This document shows positions 36,075 through 49,254 of a stretch of DNA of 64,000 bases, one piece after another. How positions within the stretch are numbered: position 1 is the stretch's first letter; the number at the start of each line of letters is the position of its first letter. A program made the translations under genes and the position numbers. This DNA is from Malacoraja senta. Taxonomy: Eukaryota. The notes beneath the pieces were generated by a model. That model saw only the letters and a list, made by a program, of their open reading frames with translations. It searched no databases and had not been told where the DNA came from. Where the stretch lies: NCBI GenBank assembly GCA_038087875.1, contig CM075977.1, forward strand, positions 61,876,001-61,940,000, read 5' to 3'.

Positions 36075-38340
36075 CTAGACCAAGTGGGACCCGTTGGGTC
36101 CCTGTCACATGGGAGGCCTGGTCCCCGTTCCCCAACGCAATATTCCACCACTCACCCATAGCTGACAACTGCGCAGGGGCTGCTCATTTCGCCTTATGCA
36201 CCCTCCCTCATTTTTAAACTTTTAAAAAAAATGCATTTGCACTTGCTAGCTAGAAGAACTCAATATACTGTGACTTTTAAAAAAAAGCATTTGCACTTGC
36301 TAGGGCTAGCAGGATTCAGTGTACTTGGATAGCAACAATGTTGCGAGCAGGGCTACAATCCCATTGTGACATCACTTCTGTAAGCACCATTTGTTTCCAA
36401 GTTTCTGAACATTTTCATAAATAACTCGAGAAATAATGCATGAAATTTTCAGATAAGGCGATATTTGACATCATGGCGAAAATGTCTATCGGAATATGTT
36501 AAAATTTCATTGTTAGCGCGTCGTGTTTTCGAGGATATGTGAAACGCACACGAACATCACACAAATACATACACATCCAAGATCAGAGTTTTATAACTAT
36601 ATTAGTCCAAGTGGTTTTGGGGGGGAGGGGGTGGCCTGCGGCATCACACACACACTAACCAACCCCTCACACACACACTAACCACCCCCCACACACACAC
36701 TAACCACCCCAATTGATATTATAATAATGTTATTCATTCACTCCTTTTACCCCATCCCCCACCCTATCCACTCACGCATATCCCCCAACTCGCAGGCATG
36801 GCTAGAGAGGGAGGGGGATAGAGAGAGAGGGACACAGAGGCACAGAGAAAGACACAGAGGCACAGAGAGGGACACAGAGGCACAGAGAAGGACAAAGAGG
36901 CACAGAGAGGGAGGGGGGAGGGAGGGGTGGGGAGGGGGCCGAGAGGGAGCATGAGGGGGCAGAGAGGGAGCGGGGAGAGAGATGGTGGGAGAGGGGGGAG
37001 AGAGGGGGAGAGAGTGGGGGAGAGAGAGGGGGAGAGAGAGGGGGAGAGAGGAGGGGGAGAGAGAGTGGGTAGAGAGAGGGGGTAGAGAGGGAGCAGGAGG
37101 TAGAGATGGAGCAGGTAAAGAGGGAGGGGGTAGAGAGGGAGGGGGGTGGAGAGGGAGAGGGGGTAGAGGGAGGGGGTAGAGAGAGAGGGGGAGGGGGTAG
37201 AGAGGAAGTGGGTAGAGATGGAGGGGCTAGAGAGAAAGGAGGAGGGGGTAGTGGCAGCACCTACCCAGGTTGTAGAGCAGCAGCCTCCCCACCAGGCGCA
37301 GGGAGGAAGCGAGGCTGCGGGCGGGCGTCGAACCAAGGGAGGCTGCGGGCGGATGTGGACTCGAGGGAGGGCCGCGGGTGGGTGGGCATCGAGCTGGGCT
37401 CGGATAGCGGCTGCTACCACCCCACCAGGCGCGTGGACGCTGAGCGGGCGGGACCACGCTCCATGCAAGAAGAAGAAGAAGACCATGGGAGCGATCTGAG
37501 GATGGTCAAAAGCAGCGGAGGGCCGGCCGCGAGGGGAAACCCACCCACCCGCATGACAGACGATCGGGCAGGGGAGACGGAGAGGAGGTCATACCCCGTG
37601 ACGGCCAGAGATCGCCAGGTGGGATCGGGATCACCAGTGAGAAAAAGGCGTCACGATTCCCCGAGTCCCTGCGATCGACAGAGGAATCGCAGGTCTCCAT
37701 AGACGGCCTCTCCTAGAGGGAGTAATGGCCGCCAGAGCCACCTTCCCATCGTGCTTCCCCGCACGCTCACCCGCGCCCGCTCCCGTGTGATGATAACGGC
37801 CGCCGCCGCCATGTTCTAGAACTTGAAGGAGCCCAGCAGAGTGCGCAGCACGACCTGAGCAGCAGTTTAATCCCCACACCCTCACCCAGGCCCCGTGCAT
37901 GGATAATGGCCACCGCCACCATGTTCTAGAACTTCAAGAAGCCCAGCGGAGCATGCAGCAGTTTAAAACGCTAAGTGACAAATTTAAAGAAGTGAAAGTT
38001 AAGGAGCCAAGAAGTACAGAAGACAGAACAGGGGTGATGTCACTCGCAGTGTGAGCTGAGGCAGGCAGTCAGATCCATTGTGACATCATCAGCGAGACCA
38101 TCTTGTTTATTTTCTAAATTATTTGAGATTTGTGAACATTTTCATAAATAACCTGAGAAATAATGCATGAAATGTTCAGATAAGGCGATTTTTTACATCA
38201 TGGCGTAAATCTCGATCAGAATAAGTAAAAATTTCATCATTAGCGCATCGTGTTTTTGAGGAGATGTGAAACGCACATGAACATCACACATACACACAAA
38301 TACACATACATCCAAGATCAGAGTTTTATAACTATAAAGA
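36075..38340 (-). mobile_element. Non-autonomous Helitron, two head-to-tail units
   Basis: A|TC at 38340 and CTAG|T at 36075, with hairpin GGGACCC-AAC-GGGTCCC. The ~200-bp 5'-terminal block is present twice (about 36400-36600 and 38130-38340). The interior is low-complexity GA-rich. Confidence 0.8.
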
Positions 38341-38829
38341 TTATATAACAGTTGTAAAAACAGTTAAGAGATAGCTTAGGAAGAAGACAAGGTCCAAAGT
38401 TCAGGTTTGCCTCCTGAGAAACATACTTTGGGGACATTCTGAGAATAGGCCTCCACATTTCCCATTCTTAGCAAATTGCTATCTTATAGGTGTGATGGGA
38501 CAGTGATAGAAGAGAGACCCAGTAATGTTTAGGCTGGCAGAGACCACAGATAGCAATTTGAAGCAGGGAGATGTGGTAGACTTCATTCACCCCATAATTG
38601 TCAAGCTGCCAGAGGAGGTAGTTGAGGAAGGGACTATCCAAACATTTTTAGAACCAGTAGACAGATACACAGATAGGACAGGTTTGGAGGTATATGGACC
38701 AAATTCTGGCGGGTGGGACTTGTGTAGCTGCGACATGTTGGCCGGTGTGGGCAAGTCAGGCCGAAGAGCTTGTTTCCACACTGTATTACTCTAAGACTCT
38801 ACTTAAGCTTTTGTCACATTTTTGATTGA

Positions 38830-39142
38830 AAGATACAGCATGGAAACAGGTCTTTTGGCTCAATGAGTCCATGCTAACTATCGATCGCACATTCACACAA
38901 GTTGTATGTTATCCTACTTTCTCATTCACTTAGCACACACTAGGGACAATTTACAGAGGTCAATTAAAATACAATGCTGCATGTCTTTGGGATATGAGAG
39001 GAAACTGGAACACCTGGAGGAAATGCATTTGGTCACAGGGAGAATGTGCAAACTCTACACAGGCAGCACCCGAGGCTAGGATAAACCAGGATCGTGATGC
39101 CATGATTGAGCAGCTCTACCAGTTGCGCTACTGTGCTGTCCC
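38830..39142 (-). mobile_element. tRNA-derived SINE (degraded)
   Basis: Reverse complement of SINE core and tail. Confidence 0.7.
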
Positions 39143-39804
39143 CTATTTCTATTTCTAAATAGATTTTAGCGTACACCAATTCAAATGTACCATTATGCTT
39201 TGGAAATTATTCCTGTCATTCAACAGTTAAACATATCTACAAAACTGCTGCAATTTGCATGTAATTACTGCTAATTATAACTGGAGAGCAATATATCTAT
39301 TTAACTTTCACATAATCCAGATGCTGATTTTAGTCTGGATATGGTAATACAAGAAAACCTACATTTCATTCGAAGTCTGATTCTGTAGATAATTTTCCCA
39401 CTCCAATCCAGATTTCCATTGGGTGATTTCTCTTTGCAGTAACTTTAAGATCACAACTAAACAGTGCATGAAAAAGTTCCACTATTCTGTTTACTCTCTC
39501 TGTAAGAGCAAACAAAGCCAAATTACTCTGAAGAAATTCAAAGACAAAATCCCATTTCGTTCAAGACATCTATCTTACTGTGTCATATCTTGTTTGCTCC
39601 AAAATAAATTACTTATAAACATCCACTATTTGCACCCTTTTACCTTCTACACTTATCTCCTCCAGCCTTAGTTACTATCCCCACCCTTCAGTCTCCACTG
39701 ACCCATTTGGCCACAAAGCTCCACCACCATTTTCTATGCTTTGTGGATATCTTCTCATCCACCCAGTTGTCTCGTATCCAGGCAATAATCACATCATACC
39801 TGCA

Positions 39805-40432
39805 CATTGGAGGTTGTGATGCAGTTGTATAACACGTTGGTGAGACTGCATTTAGAATATTGTGTTCAGTTCTGGGAACCGTGCAATAGGAAAGATGTTG
39901 TCAAGCTGGAAAGGGTGCAGAGAAGATTTATGAGGATGTTGCCAGGACTAGAGAATCTGAGCTGTGGACAGAGGTTGCGTAGGCTGGGACTCTATTCCTT
40001 GGAGTGCAGGAGAATGAGGGGTGATCTTATAGGGGCGTATAAAATCACGAGAGGAATAGTTTAGGTAGATGCACAGAGTCTCTTGCCCACAGTAGGTGAA
40101 TTGAGGACCAGAGGACATACTGTAAGTTTAAGATGAAGAGGAAAAGATTTAATAGGAATCTGAGGGATAACATTTTCACACAAAGAGTGGTGGGTGTATG
40201 GAACAAGCTGCCAGATGAGGTAGTTGAGGTTGGGACTATCCCAGCATTTAATAAACAGTTAGACAGGTACATGGATAGGACAGGTTTGGAGGGATATGGA
40301 CAAAACTCAGGCATGTAGGACTAGTGTAGCTGGATCATCATTGGCAGAAGACAAAGTCCCAAGCTCAGGTTTGCCTCCTGAGAGGGCAAGTTGGGCTAAA
40401 GGGCCTGTTTACACACTGTCTCACTCTATGAC
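39805..40432 (+). mobile_element. CR1 LINE 3' fragment
   Basis: [17 protein letters not shown] and FTQRVVGVWNKLP motifs. Confidence 0.88.
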
Positions 40433-41514
40433 TAACACCAACAATCAACAGTCACATCACTCTTTATTCCCCCAATATGGCTGTATGTCAAATTACTAAT
40501 ATTCCTCTTACTCTTATAAGTAGTCACATTTTCCTACCCATTCCTTCTATCTTATAGTATAGTATAACATTGTTGCTCATTATTACATAACTCTTTGACT
40601 TTATCCTCATCAGATGCATTGAGAACTATTAAAAGTTTGAACACAGGAACTTGTGCACTGAATCTTTACGTCACCTTCCATTTCTGAATGATAACACATT
40701 TCATCCACTCAAAATTCTTCTTAATTTAGGGGATCCATCTTTAGGAATATATATTTTCTAAAAATGCTTTATTCCCTGAATTTGAATTTTTCAGCTATCT
40801 TTTGGGCTCTCCCCTTCCACCCTCCATAAATGAGAACTCCACTTCTGCTGCCTGTTTGCTAACTTGATACAAGTTTCTCATCCATCATCCAAGTGCTGGC
40901 AATGGCATGTGCATTGTTTCCTGATCTGCCAATATGTTGTTATTAAATTGTCATTCTTTTTTTCAAATCCTTTAGTGGCTTTATCCCTTCATATCTCCAA
41001 ACCCTCTATAAGTTGTTGGGGTACACATCCTCTGTGATCCTGCGATAACCTTTTGTCTACCTCTGACTAGAATCAACCCAATGATGGCAGTCGTGTCTTC
41101 CTTTGCTTGGATCTGGGAACCAGGGACTCTATAAGCTGCTCTTTCTACTTTACTCCTGTAAATAACTTCTTAAAAGCTACTTTCTTGACCAGATTTCATC
41201 GCCTGTTCCAATATCTCTTTAGAGGTGCAAGGGATTGCAATCGGTGGAATCTGGACCAAAAAAGCAAACTGCTGGAGGAACTTTGTGGACCAGACAGCAA
41301 CTGTGGAGAGAAATTAAGGTGATGTTTTAGTTATTTGAAGAGTTCTGAACCAAAACAATGTCCATCCATTTCTCCCCACAGCTGCTGCCCGAACCTCCAA
41401 TATCCTGTTATGTTGTTTCTCAATAGTTTTTCAGATTCAGGATATTTTACATGCAGCTTGTAGTAACACTCACTCTAAGTCCCAGTTGGTGTACGTTTGG
41501 CTTAACCCATAGGA

Positions 41515-41712
41515 AAACACAAAGTGCTGGACAAACTCAACAAGTCAGGCAGCATCTATAGAGGGAATGGATAGGCAACGCTTTGGGTCAGGTCCCTTCT
41601 TCAGACCAACCCAAAACACTGCCTGTTCATTTCTCCACATATGCTGCCTGATCTACTGGGTTCCCCCAGCAGTTTGTATTTAGCTGAGATTCCAGCATCT
41701 GCAGTTCCTTGA
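41515..41712. mobile_element. Palindromic hammerhead-motif Penelope mini-element (degraded)
   Basis: Inverted GTGCTGG...GGCAGCATCT and ATGCTGCC...CCAGCA arms. Confidence 0.65.
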
Positions 41713-42004
41713 GTCTTTTTGATCCATCAGAGCTTTTTCAAACTTACCCACTGTACTCCTTCCGATATCATTTGATTGTGTCGGAGTCCTGAAACTCTTC
41801 TGCTCCTATAACTTTTACAAACTTATGCACTAGTTTATAACATTAGAACTTTGTGAGAAGCACAATGTTGCTCTGCAACAATATCTTTGAGAAACATTTA
41901 ATCCGATTGCCATTATTTATTGGTGCCTACATCCAATGGTGGTTGTATCTCAAGGATTTTTTTTAGACTATTACAATATGATGTAATTACAAAATGATGT
42001 AAAG

Positions 42005-42965
42005 AGAATGGAGCAGCTGGGCTTGTACACTCTGGAGTTTAGAAGGATGAGGGGGTTCTCATTGAAACATATAACATTGTTAAGGGCTTGGGACACGCTA
42101 GAGGCAGTTAACATGTTCCCGATGTTGGGGGAGTCCAGAACCAGGGGCCACGTTTAAGAATAAGGAGTAAGCCATTTAGAACAGAGACAAGGAAACACTT
42201 TTTCTCACAGAGAGTGGTAAGTCTGTGGAATTCTCTGCCTCAGAGGGCAGTGGAGGCAGGTTCTCTGGATGCTTTCAAGAGAGAGCTAGATAGGGCTCTT
42301 AAAATAGCGGGGACAGGGGATATGGGAGAAGGCAGGAACGGGGGTACTGATTGGGGATGATCAGCCATGATCACATTGAATGGCAGTGCTGGCTCGAAGG
42401 GCCGAATGTCCTACTCCTGCACCTATTGTCTATTGTCTATGATGATCATAATTGTGTTTGACTCCAACTTTAGACAATGTTCAGTACATTCAAGTGATCT
42501 ATCAGCATAGAGTCTTTTTCCCAGGTTGGAGGCTGATTGTAAACAATGAGGATGAGAGGGCATCTATAAAGGATGAGAGGGAATGTTCTTGAAACATATA
42601 AGATTATTAAGGGTTTATACATGCAAGTGGCAGGAAACATGTTCCGATGTTGGGGGAGTCCAGAACCAGGGGCCACAGTTTAAGAATGGGTAAGCCATTT
42701 GGAACAGAGATAAGGAAATACATTTTCACACAGAGAGTTGTGAGTCTGTGGAATTCTCTGCCTCAGATGGCGGTGGAGGCCGCTTCTCTGGCTGCTTTCA
42801 AGAGAGAGTTAGATAGAGCTCTTAAAGATAGCGGAGTCAAGAGATATGGGGAGAAGGCAGGAACGGGGTACTGATTGTGGATGATCAGCCATGATCACAT
42901 TGAATGGCGGTGCTGGCTCAAAGGGCTGAATGGCCTACTCCTGCACCTATTGTCTATTGTCTATT
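42005..42965 (+). mobile_element. Two adjacent CR1 3' fragments
   Basis: Both end in GGCCGAATGGCCTACTCCTGCACCTATTGTCTATTGTCTAT-like tails (about 42440 and 42965). Confidence 0.85.
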
Positions 42966-43741
42966 GAGCCAAGGCCCAACAGTTGAAATTCCTTTAGTTG
43001 TACTCTGCCACAAGTCAGCAGTCGGCAAACTAACTGACAACAATCAACCCTACTGGGGCTATTTTAACATAAGCCATCATCGTGAAACTGACAAAATCAG
43101 CTGTAACACTGGCTTTGCTCCACACCCGACTGAACTCAATTAGTGTGACAACCGGTGAGATATAACCATGCATTCCGCCTAAACCTGTGAGTTTCATACC
43201 CACTAACTAAATTAAAATTCACCGCCTTGATTCCTCATCCAGCAACTATGCCCTCTAGTGCTTTCCGTCTCAAACAGATCAAATAGCCAATTCACCAGAA
43301 TCGAATAAAGAAAAGACACAAAGCGCTGGAGTAATTTAGCGGGTCAGGCAGCATTCACATATGGCTGGAGATGCTGCCTGACCTGCTAAGTTACTTCAGC
43401 GCTTTGTGTCTTTTTCTGTAAACCTGCAGTTCCTTGTTTCAACTCTTCCACCTGATACAATCTTTGTTTTAATCATATATCTGTGATATTTTCATGTTTG
43501 TAATTAAAAAATAGAAACCCTCTTCCTGAACCGATGCTGATAACAAAGATGGAACCCATTCTGATTACTCTGGTATCTCCCCCCTCCACAACCCGTCCCC
43601 TCCCCTCCGGGTCTTGACTGGGAAACAAATTACATGGAAATGTTGCAACCTGGGTTCAGAATTACAAGTACAGTGGGAACAAACTCTGACTTTGTGTCAG
43701 CCATATACAACTAAGTTTCCAATATTATTTTAAGTTTAGAG

Positions 43742-44625
43742 ATTCCTTTATTTATTTGTCATTCAGACCTTTCGGTCTGAACGAAATTTCGTTGCCTGCA
43801 GTCATACATATAATAATAAATGACAAAACACACAATAAACACAAATTAACATCCACCACAGTGAGTTCACCAGGCACCTCCTCACTGTGATGGAGGCAAA
43901 AGTCTTAAAGTCTCTGTCTCTTCCCGCTTTGTTCTCCCTCTGCGCTGAGGCGATCCAGGCTTCTGATGCTGTGACCCCGCCGGGCGACGGTAAGCCAGTC
44001 CCGCGGCCGAATCCGTGCTCCGCGACGGGCCGGCTCAAACTCCGCAGCCCGAATCCGTGCTCCGCGACGGGCCGGCTCAAACTCCGCGGCCCGGGGTGGT
44101 CGAAGCTGCCGAAGCTGCCGCCCTCCAGTCCAGCGGACGCAGCTGTAGTTGCGGGAGCCCCAGAAAAACAGGTCACCAACCTCTGACCTGCGCGCTCCCG
44201 ACGATGTCGTCCACTGGGCCCGCGGCCGAGCCTCCGGATTCAGGTCGCCACCAGTGTCCTCGGTCGCCACCGCCGGAACGCCACCGCAGCCCCGAAGTTG
44301 GCCAGCCTCGCGCTGGTAAGTCCTGGCTCTGCCTCCGGAGCCTCGAGGTCGGTCGCTCGCAGTTGGAGTTGGAGGCCGGCAGCTCCGCCATTTTGGCCTC
44401 AGCGCAGACGGAGGCAGAGAAGGGGGATACGACAAGAAAAAGTCGCATTCCCCCGAAAGAAGAGACAAAAGTCATGTTTCACCCCCCCCACCCCCACCCC
44501 ACCCCACACATACACAACCCAATAAACTAAAATTTAACTTAAACAGGACAAAAGAAAATAACAAAAAAAGTAAAAACAGACGGACTGCAGGCGAGCCGCT
44601 GCTGTACGACAGCGCCGCCACTTCC
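43742..44625 (-). mobile_element. GC-rich non-coding retroposon with Rex1/Babar-type 3' tail (copy B)
   Basis: Termini homologous to 3272-4148; internal 42-bp tandem duplication at about 44006-44090. Confidence 0.65.
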
Positions 44626-46162
44626 GGATCTTTACACGCCAATCAAATTTTCTGTATTGGTGGAATATTGGTAATGAATGGGCAAGTTTTCATGAATTAC
44701 CTGTTTCTAATTCATTAACTTAAGATAATTAATGATACTTCTGCTATTCTTATACTTGGAATAAGTAACCTAAATGACCTAAAGGCTAATTTTCCTCGCA
44801 GATAACATAAACATAGAAACAAAGAAAAATAGGTGCAGGAGTAGGCCATTCGGCCCTTCGAGCCTGCACCGCCATTCAATATGATCATGGCTGATCATCC
44901 AACTCAGTATCCTGTACCTGCCTTCTCTCCATACCCCCTGATCCCTTTAGCCAGAAGGGCCACATCTAACTCCCTCTTAAATATAGCTAATGAATCTGGC
45001 TACATTGTCTGGCTATATAGCCCAACTACCTTCTGTGGCAGAGAATTCCAGAGATAAAACTTCATAAAGGTTTGTCACACTTGTTTGAAATTTACAAAGA
45101 TCAGTTTATTTTGGGGTTTCTGTTTAATCTCAAGGTTTGAATTGTGATGTTGCCCTATCTAGGGCAGAATTATTTTGAAGATGATTATAGAACGGTACAC
45201 AATGAAAGTACTGTCACCCCCACAACAACACAAATTTCTAGAGTACTCTGAACTTAAATGTTCCAAGGCAACAGAATAAATGGGTGCAATGAAATAAAAA
45301 TGGGTGAAAAGAATAGGAAACCAGTTGTATAAATTAAGAATCTGGCAGTAGCGTTTTCAAGTTTAAATCACGGGTGAGGTTTTCAGCGGCTTATAAACTT
45401 AGGCTTTGAAGGAGTCAGATTCACTGTTGATACAATTATGAGTTCTGAAATTCATTTAAGGATGCATACAGAAATGTTGCAAATAACCTGGTTCTACCTT
45501 AGACACGTTATCATGGAAAAGGGTGGAGTTCGGGAAGGCGAACTACATTTTAACAGGGTCAAAGTTGGTACAAGCCTCTTCACCTCGGACTACATGTGAG
45601 ATAACTAGACATAATTTAGAGAGTGTAAAGGGGAAAAAGAGACAAGGTGCTGTTGTACATCTAAGTATCATTCATTAATGTGTATAAAACAATAGTGTAT
45701 TTTCTGATAATGTAACGAGGGGCAACTAATACAAGTTTGTCTTTTATTTCAACCAAATCTTCTACTGTTTGCAGTTCCGACGTGGTAAAAACTGGATTAC
45801 AGATCTAAACACCACCACATTTCCTGGACCCAGTAGCAGCAACATACAATCCAAATCAATATAGTTACTTATATCGCATCTTTTCTTTCAAACTGAACTT
45901 ATCAAGCCTGTGGTAAAATCTTTCTATATTCTTCCTGAATGAAAAAACATGATAGGTATTGTATCCTTCTTAAATTTATTTGAATGGCATTTCCAATTTC
46001 ACACAATGGGGAATTAAATCTACGTTTTAAGTCAGATTGCTCATGAACAAATCAATAATGGTTTTATGCTTGAGTCTTAGATTGAAACTGTTCAAGCTCA
46101 TTTAATTCTGCCATCTCAAATCGTTTAAAAGTTTGAGATTTTTATGTCATTTTTAAAGAACA

Positions 46163-47015
46163 CCAGACCAAGTGCAGACCCGTTGGGTCTGTTCCCCCAA
46201 CGTGCGGTTGCGGGGGGGGGGGGGGCAGGGGCGGCATGTGGCATCACACACACTAACTACCACCCCGCACACACGCTAACTACCCCCCTTGATATTATAT
46301 TAATATTATTAATTTGCTCCTTTTACCTCATACCCGGGGTGGGGGAAGGGGAGGGGAGAGGGGAAGAGGGGGAGGTGAGAGGAGAGGGGTGGGGGAGAAG
46401 AGGGGATAGGGGAGATGGGGAGGAAGAGGTGGAGGGGAGAGGTGGAGAGAGAGTGGAGGGGGAGAGAGAGGAGGGGGAGAGAGAGAGAAGGGGGAGGAGA
46501 GAGAGAGGAAGGGGGAGAGATAGAAGGGGGGAGTGGGGGAAAGGCATGGGGGTGGAAGGGAGGGAGGGAGGGGAGAGAGATCTCCCACCCCTGTCCCATT
46601 GTGATGGCATATGTAAATGAGATCCATTGTGATTAGACATCTGTGAGATGGCACTGACTCATGCAGCAGTTTGATTTTATTGGAACCACATGAAGATTCC
46701 AAACTCCCACACCTTTCCCATTGGGCTGTCATATATGTAAATGAGATCCATTGTGATTGGACATCTGTGAGGTGGCACTGACTCATGCAGCAGTTTGCTT
46801 TTAAATTTTTTTGATGTTTTGTGAACAATTTTATTCAAAATCTGGGGAAATAATTGACCAAATCTAGAGAGGAGTGCATTTATGAAATTGTAAGTTAAAT
46901 CCCTACCGAATTGTAAAAATCTCTGCGTTTTTGCGTCTGGTTTTCGAGGAGATACGTTTCAAATGCAAAATGCCATACATCCACACACACACACAGAGTT
47001 TTAAAAGTATGTAGA
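46163..47015 (-). mobile_element. Non-autonomous Helitron
   Basis: 3' end CAGACCCAACGGGTCTGCACTTGGTCTGG nearly identical to the 22350-22958 copy; 5' block related to the 36075-38340 copy. Confidence 0.75.
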
Positions 47016-47147
47016 GTATCAAATGACAGCTTGCTGCAGTGGACTGACACTTTCTGGAAGACTTAGGTCAACTGGCCCTTTGAATTTGCTCCATCATTCA
47101 TAAAATCATAGACTGAGCATTTACCTCAATGTCATTTTTCATCCTAA

Positions 47148-48200
47148 TGCAGATGATACAAACGTGGGTGGTTTTGCAGATAGTGAAGATGGTTGTGAAA
47201 AATTGCAGCAGGATCTTGATCAATTGGTCAAGTGGGATGAGGAATGGTTGATGGAATTTAATGCAGAAAAATGTGAGGTTTTACATTTTTGGAAGTCTAA
47301 CATGGGCAGGGCCTACACTGTGAATGGTAGGGCTCTGGGTAGTGGTGTGGAGCACAGAGATCTATGAGTGCAGGTGCATTGCTCCCTGAGGGTGGAGTCA
47401 CAGGTAGATCGGGTGGTCAAAAAGGCTTTTGGCACATTGGCCTTCATCAGCCAGAGTATTGAGTATAGAAGTTGGGAGGTCATATTGCAGTTGTATAAGA
47501 CATTGGTGAGGCCACATTTAGAGTATTGTGAAGATAGACACAAAAAGCTAGAGTAACTCAGCGGGACAGGCTGCATCTCTGGAGAGAAGGAATGAGTGAC
47601 GTTTTGGGTTGAGACCCTGTGTCTATCTTTGGTTTAAATCAGCATCTGCAGTTTTTTCCTGCACATTTAGAGTATTGTGTTGAGTTCTGGGCACCGTGTT
47701 ATAGGAAAGATTTTGCCAAACTGAAAAGGGTACAGAGAAAGAGATTGATGAGGATGTTGCCAGGACAAGAGGGTCTGAGCTATAGGCAGAGGTTGAGAAG
47801 GCTGGGACTATTGCTTGGAGTGCAGGAGGATATCTTTATAGAGGTGTACAGTATAAGATCATGAGAGGAATAGATTGGGTAAAATGCACAGAGTCTCATG
47901 CCCAGTAACAGGTGAATCGAGGACCATAGGCTTAAGCTGAAAGGGAAAAGATTTAATAGGAATCTGAGGGGTAACCTTTTCACACACAGGGTGGTGGGTG
48001 TATGGAACAAGCTGCCAGGTAGTTGAGGCAGGGACTATCCCAACATTTAAGAAGCAGTTAGACAGGTACATGGATTGGAAAGATTTGGAGGGATATGGAC
48101 CAAATGCTAGCAGGTGGGACTAATGTAGCTGGGTCATGTTGGCCAGTGTGGGCAAATTGGGCCAAAGGGCCTGTTTCCACACTGCATCACTCTATGACTA
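47148..48200 (+). mobile_element. CR1 LINE 3' fragment interrupted by a Penelope mini-element (47531-47661)
   Basis: ADDT, WLMEFNAEKCEVLHF and [13 protein letters not shown] motifs. The insert is flanked by the exact 18-bp duplication CACATTTAGAGTATTGTG. Confidence 0.9.
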
Positions 48201-49254
48201 TCCATTGATGCCCTTTAAAATCCAGAAAAATGTATTGATTTTTTGTCATGATGAACACAATGGTTGTGTCTCCAGAATTCTTTAGAGTAGAAATTCCAAT
48301 GATTCATCATTCTTAAAGAGTGAAAAGTTGCCCCTCCGTTTCAAACGAAATCATGTCCTTCTCACCTTAAACAGATGGCCTCTCCATTCCCCTCCTCCGG
48401 GTAAAATTTGCTGATACTTTTCCCCTCATCGGCACATTGGAATTCTTGGTTTTTGATGTTTGATACCAACAATTGTCCTTTTGACTACTCGTATGCAATA
48501 TCCAATCTGCATGGTGTACCTTTCTGAAAGGTGAGCCGCAAAAAGCAAAGGTATCTAGGCTGACGCATTAAAATGTAAAAATAAGGGACTGCAGGTGCTG
48601 GTTTACAAAAAGTAGTTCTGAAGAATGGTCTCGACCCGAAACATCACCTATTGATATTCTCCCGCGATGCTGCCTGACCTGCTGAGGTACTCCAGCAATT
48701 TGTGTTGTCTTTAGCCTGAAGCAGTCCTTTATTATAATGTAATTTCTCAGTGGGACCAGTCATTACTGGCCCAAACAATAAGCCTGGATCTCCAAAAAGA
48801 GACGTTTGATCAATGATTTTTCTCTTTCATTTTACAATGAGCACTACACTGCTCACACTGAAGGCAACGTAATTAAAAGCAGTCATTTGGTGTTAATGGT
48901 GCATCTTGGTCAGATATCACTTCAACACATATTCAGTGCAAATCAATTCATGACAAGCTAATGTTGAAAGCATTGTTCCTCACCTGGGACCTGTCTGCAC
49001 TTAAAGGAATCCCACAATCCTACATCCAGTGACCCTTCTTTGCCCGGCCAGCTTAGGTCTTGAAAATTGATGAACATTAATTGCAAACAATGCATCTGCT
49101 GCTTCTGTTACACATGGTATGAATGTTGCCCTGGGTCACCAGAGAGGATGTGGTAACTGGAGATATTTATCCTGTGGTTAGCTTCACACTTTCATGTTGT
49201 GCACAAATCAGTGTTTAGTGGTGGGTAGAACTGTGCAGCAGCCTGATGGTGGGA

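Noticed and set aside
36727-37702. Pro/Ser/Leu-rich and Gly/Glu/Arg-rich ORFs (also 46144-46828)
   Set aside because: Translations of GA-rich low-complexity sequence inside Helitrons.
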